Part shown: in pieces, positions 18,679 through 25,279 of the stretch
Layout: each line of letters begins with the position of its first letter
How positions within the stretch are numbered: position 1 is the first letter of the stretch
Origin: a virus
Lineage: Duplodnaviria; Caudoviricetes
Virus record (IMG/VR): IMGVR_UViG_3300046006_004850
Span: 1-25,279 of that record
Length of the DNA stretch: 25,279 nt
Reading direction: 5' to 3' (one strand)
Program-made: the position numbers and the translations under genes
The notes under the pieces: generated by a model
Told to the model about the DNA's origin: nothing
The model's input: the letters and a program-made list of their open reading frames with translations, nothing else
Databases searched by the model: none

Positions 18679-19673
18679 ATAAAACAGTATTAATTACAGG
18701 AGTTGCGGGTTTACTGGGAAGTAGATTAGCAGATTGGATTATTGAACATCACCCAGAATGTAAAGTTGTTGGTATTGATGACTTAAGTGGAGGTTATAAA
18801 GAAAATATTAACCCTAAAGTTGAATTTTGGCAAATGAACTTAGTTGAACATCCAATTGAAAACTGTTTTGAGGTTAATAAATTTGATTATGTGTTTCATT
18901 TTGCTGCTTATGCTGCTGAGGGGTTATCACCTTTTATCCGTTGTTTCAACTATGATAACAACTTAAAAGCCACAGCTCGCATAGTCAATGAATGTATAAA
19001 ACACGACGTTAAAAGACTGGTATTTACGTCAACTCTTGCGGTTTATGGTCATGGTTATGGAGGTATATTTGATGAAACACAAATACCAAAACCAATCGAT
19101 CCTTATGGGGTAGCTAAGTATGCTTGTGAAATGGATATTCAAATCGCAGGAGAACAACATGGTCTTGACTGGTGTATAATTAGACCACATAATGTTTATG
19201 GTATTAAACAAAATATTTGGGATAAATACAGAAATGTGTTAGGTATTTGGATGTATCAACATTTAAATAATCAACCCATAACCATATTTGGAGATGGTGA
19301 ACAAACCCGAGCATTTAGTTATATAGATGATTCATTAGAACCACTTTGGAAAGCTGCTATATTACCTGGAGCAAGTAAAGAAATTATTAATCTAGGTGGT
19401 ATAGAAGAATATTCAATTAAAGAAGCATCTCAAGTATTAGCTGAAATATTAGGTGGAGTTGAAGTTACCCATTTAGAGGGAAGACATGAAGTAAAACACT
19501 CAATCCCAACATATCAAAAATCAGTCGACATATTAGGTTTTGAACATAAAACATCATTAAAAGATGGATTAACTGCAATGTGGAATTGGGTTAAAGTTCA
19601 ACCTATGAAAGATAGATTTGTATGGGACAAGTACGAAGTAGATAAAGGAATTTATTCATTCTGGAAAAAATAA
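18675..19673 (+). CDS. NAD-dependent nucleotide-sugar epimerase/dehydratase
   Basis: ITGVAGLLGS, catalytic YGVAK, RPHNVYG, GDGEQTRAF. Confidence 0.92.
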   Translation: MNKTVLITGVAGLLGSRLADWIIEHHPECKVVGIDDLSGGYKENINPKVEFWQMNLVEHPIENCFEVNKFDYVFHFAAYAAEGLSPFIRCFNYDNNLKATARIVNECIKHDVKRLVFTSTLAVYGHGYGGIFDETQIPKPIDPYGVAKYACEMDIQIAGEQHGLDWCIIRPHNVYGIKQNIWDKYRNVLGIWMYQHLNNQPITIFGDGEQTRAFSYIDDSLEPLWKAAILPGASKEIINLGGIEEYSIKEASQVLAEILGGVEVTHLEGRHEVKHSIPTYQKSVDILGFEHKTSLKDGLTAMWNWVKVQPMKDRFVWDKYEVDKGIYSFWKK

Positions 19674-19674
19674 A

Positions 19675-20502
19675 ATGAAAATAGGAATTATAGGACAGGG
19701 ATTTGTTGGTAACGCTGTTTATCAAAAATTTAAAGATTATTATGATGTTATTACTTATGATTTAGATGGGTCAAAATGTAATTCAACAGAAGAAGAGGTA
19801 ATATCTAATAGTAATGTAATATTTGTATGTTTACCCACACCAATGAAAAAAGATGATGGTGGGTGTTGGACTGGTATAGTTGATGCTGCTTTAAACGTTA
19901 TAAACACATATAACAAATGTAAAACAGTAGTAGTTAAGTCAACTATTCCACCTGGTACAACTAAAGAGTGGAATGAAAAATATAAAAATATTAATGTAGT
20001 TTTTAATCCTGAGTTTTTAACTGAAGCTAATGCTGTTAAAGATTATGAAAATCAAAACCGTATTATTTTAGGAGGAGATGAGGATGTTATTTGGGCTTTG
20101 GCACCTTTATTTTTAGAAGTATTTCCACAGGCTAGTATTATTGCAACTGATTCTACTAAAGCTGAAATGGTTAAATATTTAACTAATAATTTTTTATCTG
20201 TCAAGGTGGCATTTGCTAATGAAATGTATGACTTATGTTCTACATTAGATATAGAGTATAAAGATGTAATTAAGATGGCTACATATGATGAAAGATTAGG
20301 TAAAAGTCATTGGAGTGTACCTGGACCAGATGGTGATTTTGGTTTTGGTGGTCATTGTTTTCCAAAAGATTTAGCTGCTATATTAAGTGTAACTAAAAAA
20401 CACGATACAATTGATAATGTATTAAGAGCAGCTCAAGCTACTAACCATAGTGTTAGAAGAAATAAAGATTGGGAAAAAATGGAAGGTAGAGCTGTAATAT
20501 AA
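19675..20502 (+). CDS. UDP-glucose/GDP-mannose dehydrogenase family protein (short form)
   Basis: GQGFVG, CLPTP, KSTIPPG, NPEFLTE, AEMVKY, catalytic GGHCFPKD. Confidence 0.9.
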   Translation: MKIGIIGQGFVGNAVYQKFKDYYDVITYDLDGSKCNSTEEEVISNSNVIFVCLPTPMKKDDGGCWTGIVDAALNVINTYNKCKTVVVKSTIPPGTTKEWNEKYKNINVVFNPEFLTEANAVKDYENQNRIILGGDEDVIWALAPLFLEVFPQASIIATDSTKAEMVKYLTNNFLSVKVAFANEMYDLCSTLDIEYKDVIKMATYDERLGKSHWSVPGPDGDFGFGGHCFPKDLAAILSVTKKHDTIDNVLRAAQATNHSVRRNKDWEKMEGRAVI

Positions 20503-20535
20503 ATTTGGATTCCCAAATTATTGTTCGTATATTTA
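20502..20535 (+). promoter_or_regulatory. Putative promoter (TTTG-N20-TATATTTA) with inverted repeat
   Basis: AATTTGG-attc-CCAAATT 20502-20519; TTCGTATATTTA 20524-20535. Confidence 0.65.
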
Positions 20536-20560
20536 CCCATAATTTGAAATAATAAAGGTT

Positions 20561-20938
20561 ATGTGCAAAGTTACATGGTGTGATAATGAAACCGAGTTTT
20601 ATAATAAAACTCAACGTTATGTTTATTGTCCTACCCATATTCAATACAAAAAGTATGCTGCTAATGCACCTGTACGTCCCTGGTTGATGTATAAGGTGGA
20701 AAAAATAGTAGATATTGATTTTGTTTGTGAAATATGTGGGTTTGAACCACATAAACAATATATAAACGAGACAACTGAAATTTTATCATCATTGATGGAT
20801 GTTGACCATAAAGACCCTAAAATTAAAGGTACTCTTGAAGGTGAACAACCATCAAATTATCAGTTATTATGTAAACATTGTCATATATTAAAATCCCATC
20901 GTGATGGAGATTATGTGAATAAAAAGTACAAACAATAA
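20561..20938 (+). CDS. HNH endonuclease
   Basis: CEICG...DVDH...N-x-QLLCKHCH. Confidence 0.8.
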   Translation: MCKVTWCDNETEFYNKTQRYVYCPTHIQYKKYAANAPVRPWLMYKVEKIVDIDFVCEICGFEPHKQYINETTEILSSLMDVDHKDPKIKGTLEGEQPSNYQLLCKHCHILKSHRDGDYVNKKYKQ

Positions 20939-20978
20939 TTTAAATATATTTATAGATACACTCTTAAATACAAAACAA

Positions 20979-21320
20979 ATGGAAAAAACATTTAAAATGA
21001 TTTCTTGCAGCTCTTGTGGAAATGATATGCCCGAGTTAAGATTAACTCAATATGGTTATGATTTTTGCGTTACCTGTTCTGAAAACGGGAAAGGTGAAGG
21101 AAAAAAACATGGTATTCCAGTTTTAATGGGAGAAGGAGATCATACTTGGGTTGAGACTGTTATCATGAGTGATAAACAATTTCAAATATACCAAGATCAA
21201 ATTTCATCTGATAATAAGTTAAAAGCTAAAGCATTAGCTGATCTTACTGATCCAGATATTGAAGATGATAAAAATTTACAAGGTCCACTTACTATTATTA
21301 ATACTGAAGAAGAAGAATAG
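20979..21320 (+). CDS. Hypothetical zinc-finger protein
   Basis: CSSC...RL...CVTC (DksA/TraR-like spacing), acidic tail. Confidence 0.6.
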   Translation: MEKTFKMISCSSCGNDMPELRLTQYGYDFCVTCSENGKGEGKKHGIPVLMGEGDHTWVETVIMSDKQFQIYQDQISSDNKLKAKALADLTDPDIEDDKNLQGPLTIINTEEEE

Positions 21321-21322
21321 TT

Positions 21323-21943
21323 TTGAGTAATTTAAAGAAGTTTTTAAGCAAAGAACAAATTGTAGCTGCCCAAGGTAAGACATTATCTAATATGGCAGCT
21401 GCAAGATACCTTCATGTTTCTTATCAACATTATAAGAAGTATGCTAAGATGTATAATTTGTTTGACACTCATTTAAATCAAGCAGGTAAAGGTGTGCCTA
21501 AATTTTTAAAGGGTAGTAAAAAAATGCCTGCTATGGTTGAAATTATTGAAGGTAGAATTGCTGCCTCATCATTTGAACCTAATAAACTTAAATACTCACT
21601 TATTGAGCAAGGATATTTATCAGAAGAATGTACTGTATGTAAATTTAAAGAAAGACGAGTATTAGATTACAAAATGCCTTTATTACTTCATTTTAAGGAT
21701 AAAAATAGTAATAATTATAGTCTAGATAATATTCAGTTATTATGTTATAATCATTATTTTTTAACCGTAGGTGATGTATTTAATACTAATGATGTTAAAC
21801 AGATTGAAACCCAACAAGAACATTATGGTACAACTGAAACTATAGAATGGGAAGTTGATGATTATCATTTACAACGTTTAAAAGAATTAGGTTTAGCAGA
21901 TGAGGATGATGATGGAGTTAATCAATATATCTCTAGAATATAA
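21323..21943 (+). CDS. HTH plus degenerate HNH-like protein
   Basis: SNMAAARYLHVSY HTH-like segment; CTVC...LHFKD...N...QLLCYNH; TTG start. Confidence 0.6.
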   Translation: MSNLKKFLSKEQIVAAQGKTLSNMAAARYLHVSYQHYKKYAKMYNLFDTHLNQAGKGVPKFLKGSKKMPAMVEIIEGRIAASSFEPNKLKYSLIEQGYLSEECTVCKFKERRVLDYKMPLLLHFKDKNSNNYSLDNIQLLCYNHYFLTVGDVFNTNDVKQIETQQEHYGTTETIEWEVDDYHLQRLKELGLADEDDDGVNQYISRI

Positions 21944-22098
21944 TGAAAAACAAAAAACATAGTAAAATAGTAAACGATTACGATAAACAAAAAATCAAAC
22001 ATTTAGATAGATTAGCATCAAAAATGTTGGATAATGACGAAAAATTTCGTAAATTACAAGATAAGAAAATTAAGGGTAACTTTTTAAAAAATTTTTAA
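21943..22098 (+). CDS. Small basic hypothetical protein (51 aa); not in ORF track
   Basis: TAATG-coupled ORF MKNKKHSKIVNDYDKQK...KGNFLKNF fills the gap between neighbours. Confidence 0.65.
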   Translation: MKNKKHSKIVNDYDKQKIKHLDRLASKMLDNDEKFRKLQDKKIKGNFLKNF

Positions 22099-22099
22099 T

Positions 22100-22417
22100 A
22101 TGGAATTCAAAAATAAAATAGTATATAATACTACTAAGGAAATGGAAAAATTACTTAATGGAGAAAGTAAATACCTATCTGATTTGATAGTAGATATTGC
22201 TCTTCAAAATTTAAAAACACGTAAAAAAGAAATTCCTGTATTACAAATTATAACTAAAGATACTGATTTTATCTATGATATTATTATTGATAGAGAGGAT
22301 ATGATTGAAACTTTAGAGATAAATCTAGATACAATGCAAGATTATGAAGATTATGAGCGTTGTTCGTTAATAGTTAATGCTCTAGATTATTTAAAATCTA
22401 AAGTTAAAAAGTCATAA
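22100..22417 (+). CDS. Hypothetical protein with UVR-like C-terminal motif
   Basis: EDYERC helix motif. Confidence 0.6.
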   Translation: MEFKNKIVYNTTKEMEKLLNGESKYLSDLIVDIALQNLKTRKKEIPVLQIITKDTDFIYDIIIDREDMIETLEINLDTMQDYEDYERCSLIVNALDYLKSKVKKS

Positions 22418-22464
22418 AGTACAAAAATAAGCCAATATTTATAATAAATTAAATTTATAAACAA

Positions 22465-22605
22465 ATGGCTAAAAAAACAAATGACAATAGTTATGCTCCT
22501 AAAACAGGAAAAGTAAGTAGACCCGGAGTACACGCTAAAAGTAAGACTTCAAAATTAAAATCAAGCAAAAATTATGCCAAAGCCTATAGGGGTCAAAGAA
22601 AATAA
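22465..22605 (+). CDS. Small highly basic protein (46 aa); not in ORF track
   Basis: MAKKTNDNSYAPKTGKVSRPGVHAKSKTSKLKSSKNYAKAYRGQRK; A-rich leader. Confidence 0.7.
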   Translation: MAKKTNDNSYAPKTGKVSRPGVHAKSKTSKLKSSKNYAKAYRGQRK

Positions 22606-22609
22606 AATT

Positions 22610-22747
22610 GTGTTAAATACTCTTACATTTTTTAATCATATGACTGATGAAGATTTAATAAAAATAGCTTTAGTCGGAAGATTAAAAGATTTATGTTATG
22701 CCTTATCTCTTGACTTAAATTCAAAAACCCAAACTTATGAAGCCTAA
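22610..22747 (+). CDS. Small hypothetical protein (GTG 22610 or ATG 22640)
   Basis: Open frame ...MTDEDLIKIALVGRLKDLCYALSLDLNSKTQTYEA. Confidence 0.45.
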   Translation: MLNTLTFFNHMTDEDLIKIALVGRLKDLCYALSLDLNSKTQTYEA

Positions 22748-22895
22748 ATTACAAGTTATTCAGTTTACCCTTCAAGAACAATGGGAAGCTTCTAGACATT
22801 TAGTCCAGAAGAATAAAAAGAAATATTATCGTAAAGAAAAACACAGAGTCGCTAGGAATAGCGACTTTTCTTTCGTACATTTATGTATTAATTAG
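22737..22895 (+). CDS. ArfA-like small basic protein (52 aa); not in ORF track
   Basis: MKPKLQVIQFTLQEQWEASRHLVQKNKKKYYRKEKHRVARNSDFSFVHLCIN; contains an internal terminator. Confidence 0.55.
   Translation: MKPKLQVIQFTLQEQWEASRHLVQKNKKKYYRKEKHRVARNSDFSFVHLCIN
22845..22873 (+). terminator. Intrinsic terminator inside the ArfA-like ORF
   Basis: AGTCGCTA-ggaa-TAGCGACT (GNRA loop) followed by TTTCTTT. Confidence 0.8.
22852..22883 (+). promoter_or_regulatory. Putative promoter (TTCGTACATTTA)
   Basis: Motif at 22872-22883, upstream of the SWIM gene. Confidence 0.55.
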
Positions 22896-22907
22896 AAAAT
22901 AAAGGTT

Positions 22908-23336
22908 ATGGCACTATTACAATTTACTCATTTAAACAAATATAATAATCCTCGAACAAGGGTTGTATATAGTCCAACAACACAACTTAGTATTAATCCT
23001 AAAGGATTTGGAAAATTTATTAGTGTTAAGGTGTTCAAATATGAACATACTCATCCAATATATCCTCCAACATTATTTGTTTCAAATGGAAAAAAATATA
23101 TTTTACCTACTTGGCAAGAGGTAGATATGAAAACTGAAGTTAGTGATATTAATTGGATTAAACCATTAATTAAACAAGTTAAACCTGAAACTGATACTTG
23201 GAGATTTAAATCATCAAGTAGTGATTCAGAATATATTGTTAGAAAAACAGGTAACGTTTACAAATGTAATTGTCCCGGGTTTTGGAGATCAAAAGATAGA
23301 GAATGCAAACATATTAAAGAAGTTAAAAATTATTAA
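22908..23336 (+). CDS. SWIM zinc-finger protein
   Basis: SSS...Y.V...CNCPGF...CKH. Confidence 0.75.
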   Translation: MALLQFTHLNKYNNPRTRVVYSPTTQLSINPKGFGKFISVKVFKYEHTHPIYPPTLFVSNGKKYILPTWQEVDMKTEVSDINWIKPLIKQVKPETDTWRFKSSSSDSEYIVRKTGNVYKCNCPGFWRSKDRECKHIKEVKNY

Positions 23337-23353
23337 TTTAAAACAAAAAGGTT

Positions 23354-23914
23354 ATGTATTACAAATTTAATGAAGAAACATTGTTACCTGAAAAAGTTAA
23401 ATTGACTAATAAGTCATTAATGGGTTTAGGAGCAGCAGTAGGATTATTATTAATTTTTGGATTTACATCTAATCCAGTTAATGAGATAGAAAATTTATCT
23501 CAAGAAGAGAAATTAATTGTAATTAGAGAATATAATGAATTCTCAGAGGAAAAACTAATTGAAAAGATTACAGAGTTAAATTTTAGATACCCTCATATCA
23601 TTTTAGCACAAGCTAAATTAGAATCAGGGCATTTCAAATCAACTATCTTTCTAGAGAACAATAACATGTTCGGTATGAAGGAAGCTAAGTTAAGAGCTAA
23701 TTTAGCAAAAGGAACAAATAGAGGTCATGCCTATTACGAAACATGGCAAGAATCAGTTATCGATTATGCTTTATACTATTCATCTTACTTAAGAAGTATT
23801 AAAACTGAAGGAGAATATTTTGAATACTTAAGACAGAATTATGCTGAGGACCCAACATACGTTCAAAGATTAAAAGAGATTATTAATAAACAAGAATTAA
23901 AAAATAAATTCTAA
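23354..23914 (+). CDS. GH73 glucosaminidase-like peptidoglycan hydrolase with N-terminal hydrophobic helix
   Basis: AQAKLESG, NNMFGMK and YAEDPTY motifs; hydrophobic LMGLGAAVGLLLIFGF. Confidence 0.82.
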   Translation: MYYKFNEETLLPEKVKLTNKSLMGLGAAVGLLLIFGFTSNPVNEIENLSQEEKLIVIREYNEFSEEKLIEKITELNFRYPHIILAQAKLESGHFKSTIFLENNNMFGMKEAKLRANLAKGTNRGHAYYETWQESVIDYALYYSSYLRSIKTEGEYFEYLRQNYAEDPTYVQRLKEIINKQELKNKF

Positions 23915-24270
23915 TGATAGGAGGAGCACAACCAAAAGTATTAGTAAAGTTAAATGATAGTAATGAACTATTATTAGATGAAACATTCGAAGCTATCTAT
24001 GGAAAAGAATCAGAACATAAATATAAATTAGTTCGAGAAAGAGATCAATTAACTAAAACATCCAGAGATGTAAAATGGTTAGAGTTTAATGATGATGGGA
24101 AATATAAATCAGACTTTAAAGACATTGCTGTTGGTAGAAGTTTATTAATGTCTCCATTTGGTCCTTTCTTTACTTGGCAAACTACTTTAGTAACAGAAAT
24201 TGTTGAACAAAGAGAGGATTATATTAAATTTAGAACAGAAAACAGTGACTACGAATTATTTACATTATGA
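23914..24270 (+). CDS. Hypothetical protein
   Basis: 118-aa ORF, TAATG-coupled; WQTT...FRTENS.Y motif. Confidence 0.7.
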   Translation: MIGGAQPKVLVKLNDSNELLLDETFEAIYGKESEHKYKLVRERDQLTKTSRDVKWLEFNDDGKYKSDFKDIAVGRSLLMSPFGPFFTWQTTLVTEIVEQREDYIKFRTENSDYELFTL

Positions 24271-24674
24271 AACATAAAATATACTTAGACGATGTAAGAA
24301 CACCAGTTGATCCAAGTTGGAAAGTAGTTAGAAACTACGAACAATTTGTAGATCAAGTTACTTACTATGGGTTAGAAAACATTGATGTAATTTCATTAGA
24401 TCATGATTTAGGACCTTCGGCAATGGCTGAATGGCACTCAAACGTGTATTACAATTACGAATTAAATTATGATAATATTGAAGAGAAAACTGGAATGGAT
24501 TGCACTAAATGGTTGGTTAATCAATGGTTGGATGGATCTCCTGTTGTTGATGTTGTAATACATTCTGCAAATGCCGTTGGTAGTGCTAATATGATGGGTT
24601 ATATAAATAACTACAGACATATCCATAGATTACCTCAAAATTGTGTAAGAGTACAAATTGAACATACAGTATAG
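24267..24674 (+). CDS. Cyclic-phosphate-processing receiver (cREC)-like domain protein
   Basis: IYLDDVR, ISLDHDLG, TGMDC and HSAN motifs. Confidence 0.75.
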   Translation: MKHKIYLDDVRTPVDPSWKVVRNYEQFVDQVTYYGLENIDVISLDHDLGPSAMAEWHSNVYYNYELNYDNIEEKTGMDCTKWLVNQWLDGSPVVDVVIHSANAVGSANMMGYINNYRHIHRLPQNCVRVQIEHTV

Positions 24675-24679
24675 AAATT

Positions 24680-25279
24680 ATGGAAGATTTTTTTGAAGAT
24701 TTAAATAACCAACCAAGACCAAACTTCTTTAGAAGAATATGGTTATGGTGGGAACATGATGGAAAGTATTATCACAAATACTTTAAACAAGGTGTTAAAA
24801 ACATTATATATTGGTTTCCAATCATATGGAAAGACCGAAATTGGGATGGTCATTACATCTTTGAAATATTACAACATAAACTAAAAGCTCAAGCTAATTA
24901 CATTGGTAGAAGAGATTTTCATACTCGAGCACAACTTGATGCTAAAAGAATGAGACTTTGTGTTAAGTTAATTAAAAAAGTACAAGAAGAAGATTATACA
25001 ATGGAGTATATGGATTATCATAAAGACAGAGTATGGTTTACACCTTGTGAAGACAGAGAAGGATCTTCCTTATACAACTCAGAAGAGGTATGGGAAAAGT
25101 ATGATGAATATTTTGCTAAATATCCCTTAGTATATAAAAGAGTTTTAAAAGGAGAAGGAGTATTTACTTTAAATGGTAGAAATGATTCTGATATGAAAAG
25201 AGTAATAGCTCAGAATATTGCTCACCTTAATCACGATCGAGCAAGAAAATTACTATTTAAAATAATGGAAGAAAATTCC
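24680..25279 (+). CDS. Hypothetical phage protein, truncated by window end; not in ORF track
   Basis: ATG 24680 MEDFFEDL...WFPIIWKDRNWD...; frame appears open to the end. Confidence 0.7.
   Translation, partial: MEDFFEDLNNQPRPNFFRRIWLWWEHDGKYYHKYFKQGVKNIIYWFPIIWKDRNWDGHYIFEILQHKLKAQANYIGRRDFHTRAQLDAKRMRLCVKLIKKVQEEDYTMEYMDYHKDRVWFTPCEDREGSSLYNSEEVWEKYDEYFAKYPLVYKRVLKGEGVFTLNGRNDSDMKRVIAQNIAHLNHDRARKLLFKIMEENS

Noticed and set aside
342-20758. Minus-strand ORFs in the track (342-560, 1144-1368, 2124-2315, 5363-5593, 7365-7625, 7953-8135, 11882-12085, 19029-19211, 20453-20758)
   Set aside because: They lie antisense to well-supported genes and have no recognisable motifs; shadow ORFs
1-25279. 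CRISPR array, tRNA/rRNA genes, IS elements, stop-codon reassignment
   Set aside because: No regularly spaced repeats, cloverleafs or transposases were seen. Genes are full length in the standard code, with TAA, TAG and TGA all used as stops.
1-25279. Cellular (bacterial or archaeal) chromosome origin
   Set aside because: The T4-like PolB/clamp/gp44-gp62 set, single-strand dense packing and many phage-type hypotheticals outweigh host-like genes such as groEL and folE

Overview
AT-rich (roughly 30% GC by eye), densely packed window, all on the + strand, from a large tailed-phage genome. Promoter architecture, DUF4494 and an Hc1-like protein point to a Bacteroidota host. Left to right: (i) 7-deazaguanine/nucleotide module (QueE C-terminus, FolE, purine phosphoribosyltransferase, DUF4494, MazG-like NTP-PPase); (ii) family B DNA polymerase split into two genes between motifs B and C, with an 87-aa ORF wedged in by TAATG overlaps, then a sliding clamp; (iii) chaperone block (Hsp20, GroES, GroEL) and an unlisted Hc1-like protein; (iv) clamp loader subunits, DUF1599/Nmad1 and a Cas4-like nuclease; (v) a ~7.7 kb glycosylation island; (vi) HNH genes, small basic ORFs, a SWIM protein, a GH73 hydrolase and a cyclic-phosphate receiver domain. 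Top candidates: an unlisted ArfA-like ribosome-rescue peptide with a terminator inside its ORF (non-stop mRNA architecture), the split polymerase, and a possible pre-replicative 7-deazaguanine incorporation pathway. All calls are motif recognition by eye; no searches were run.
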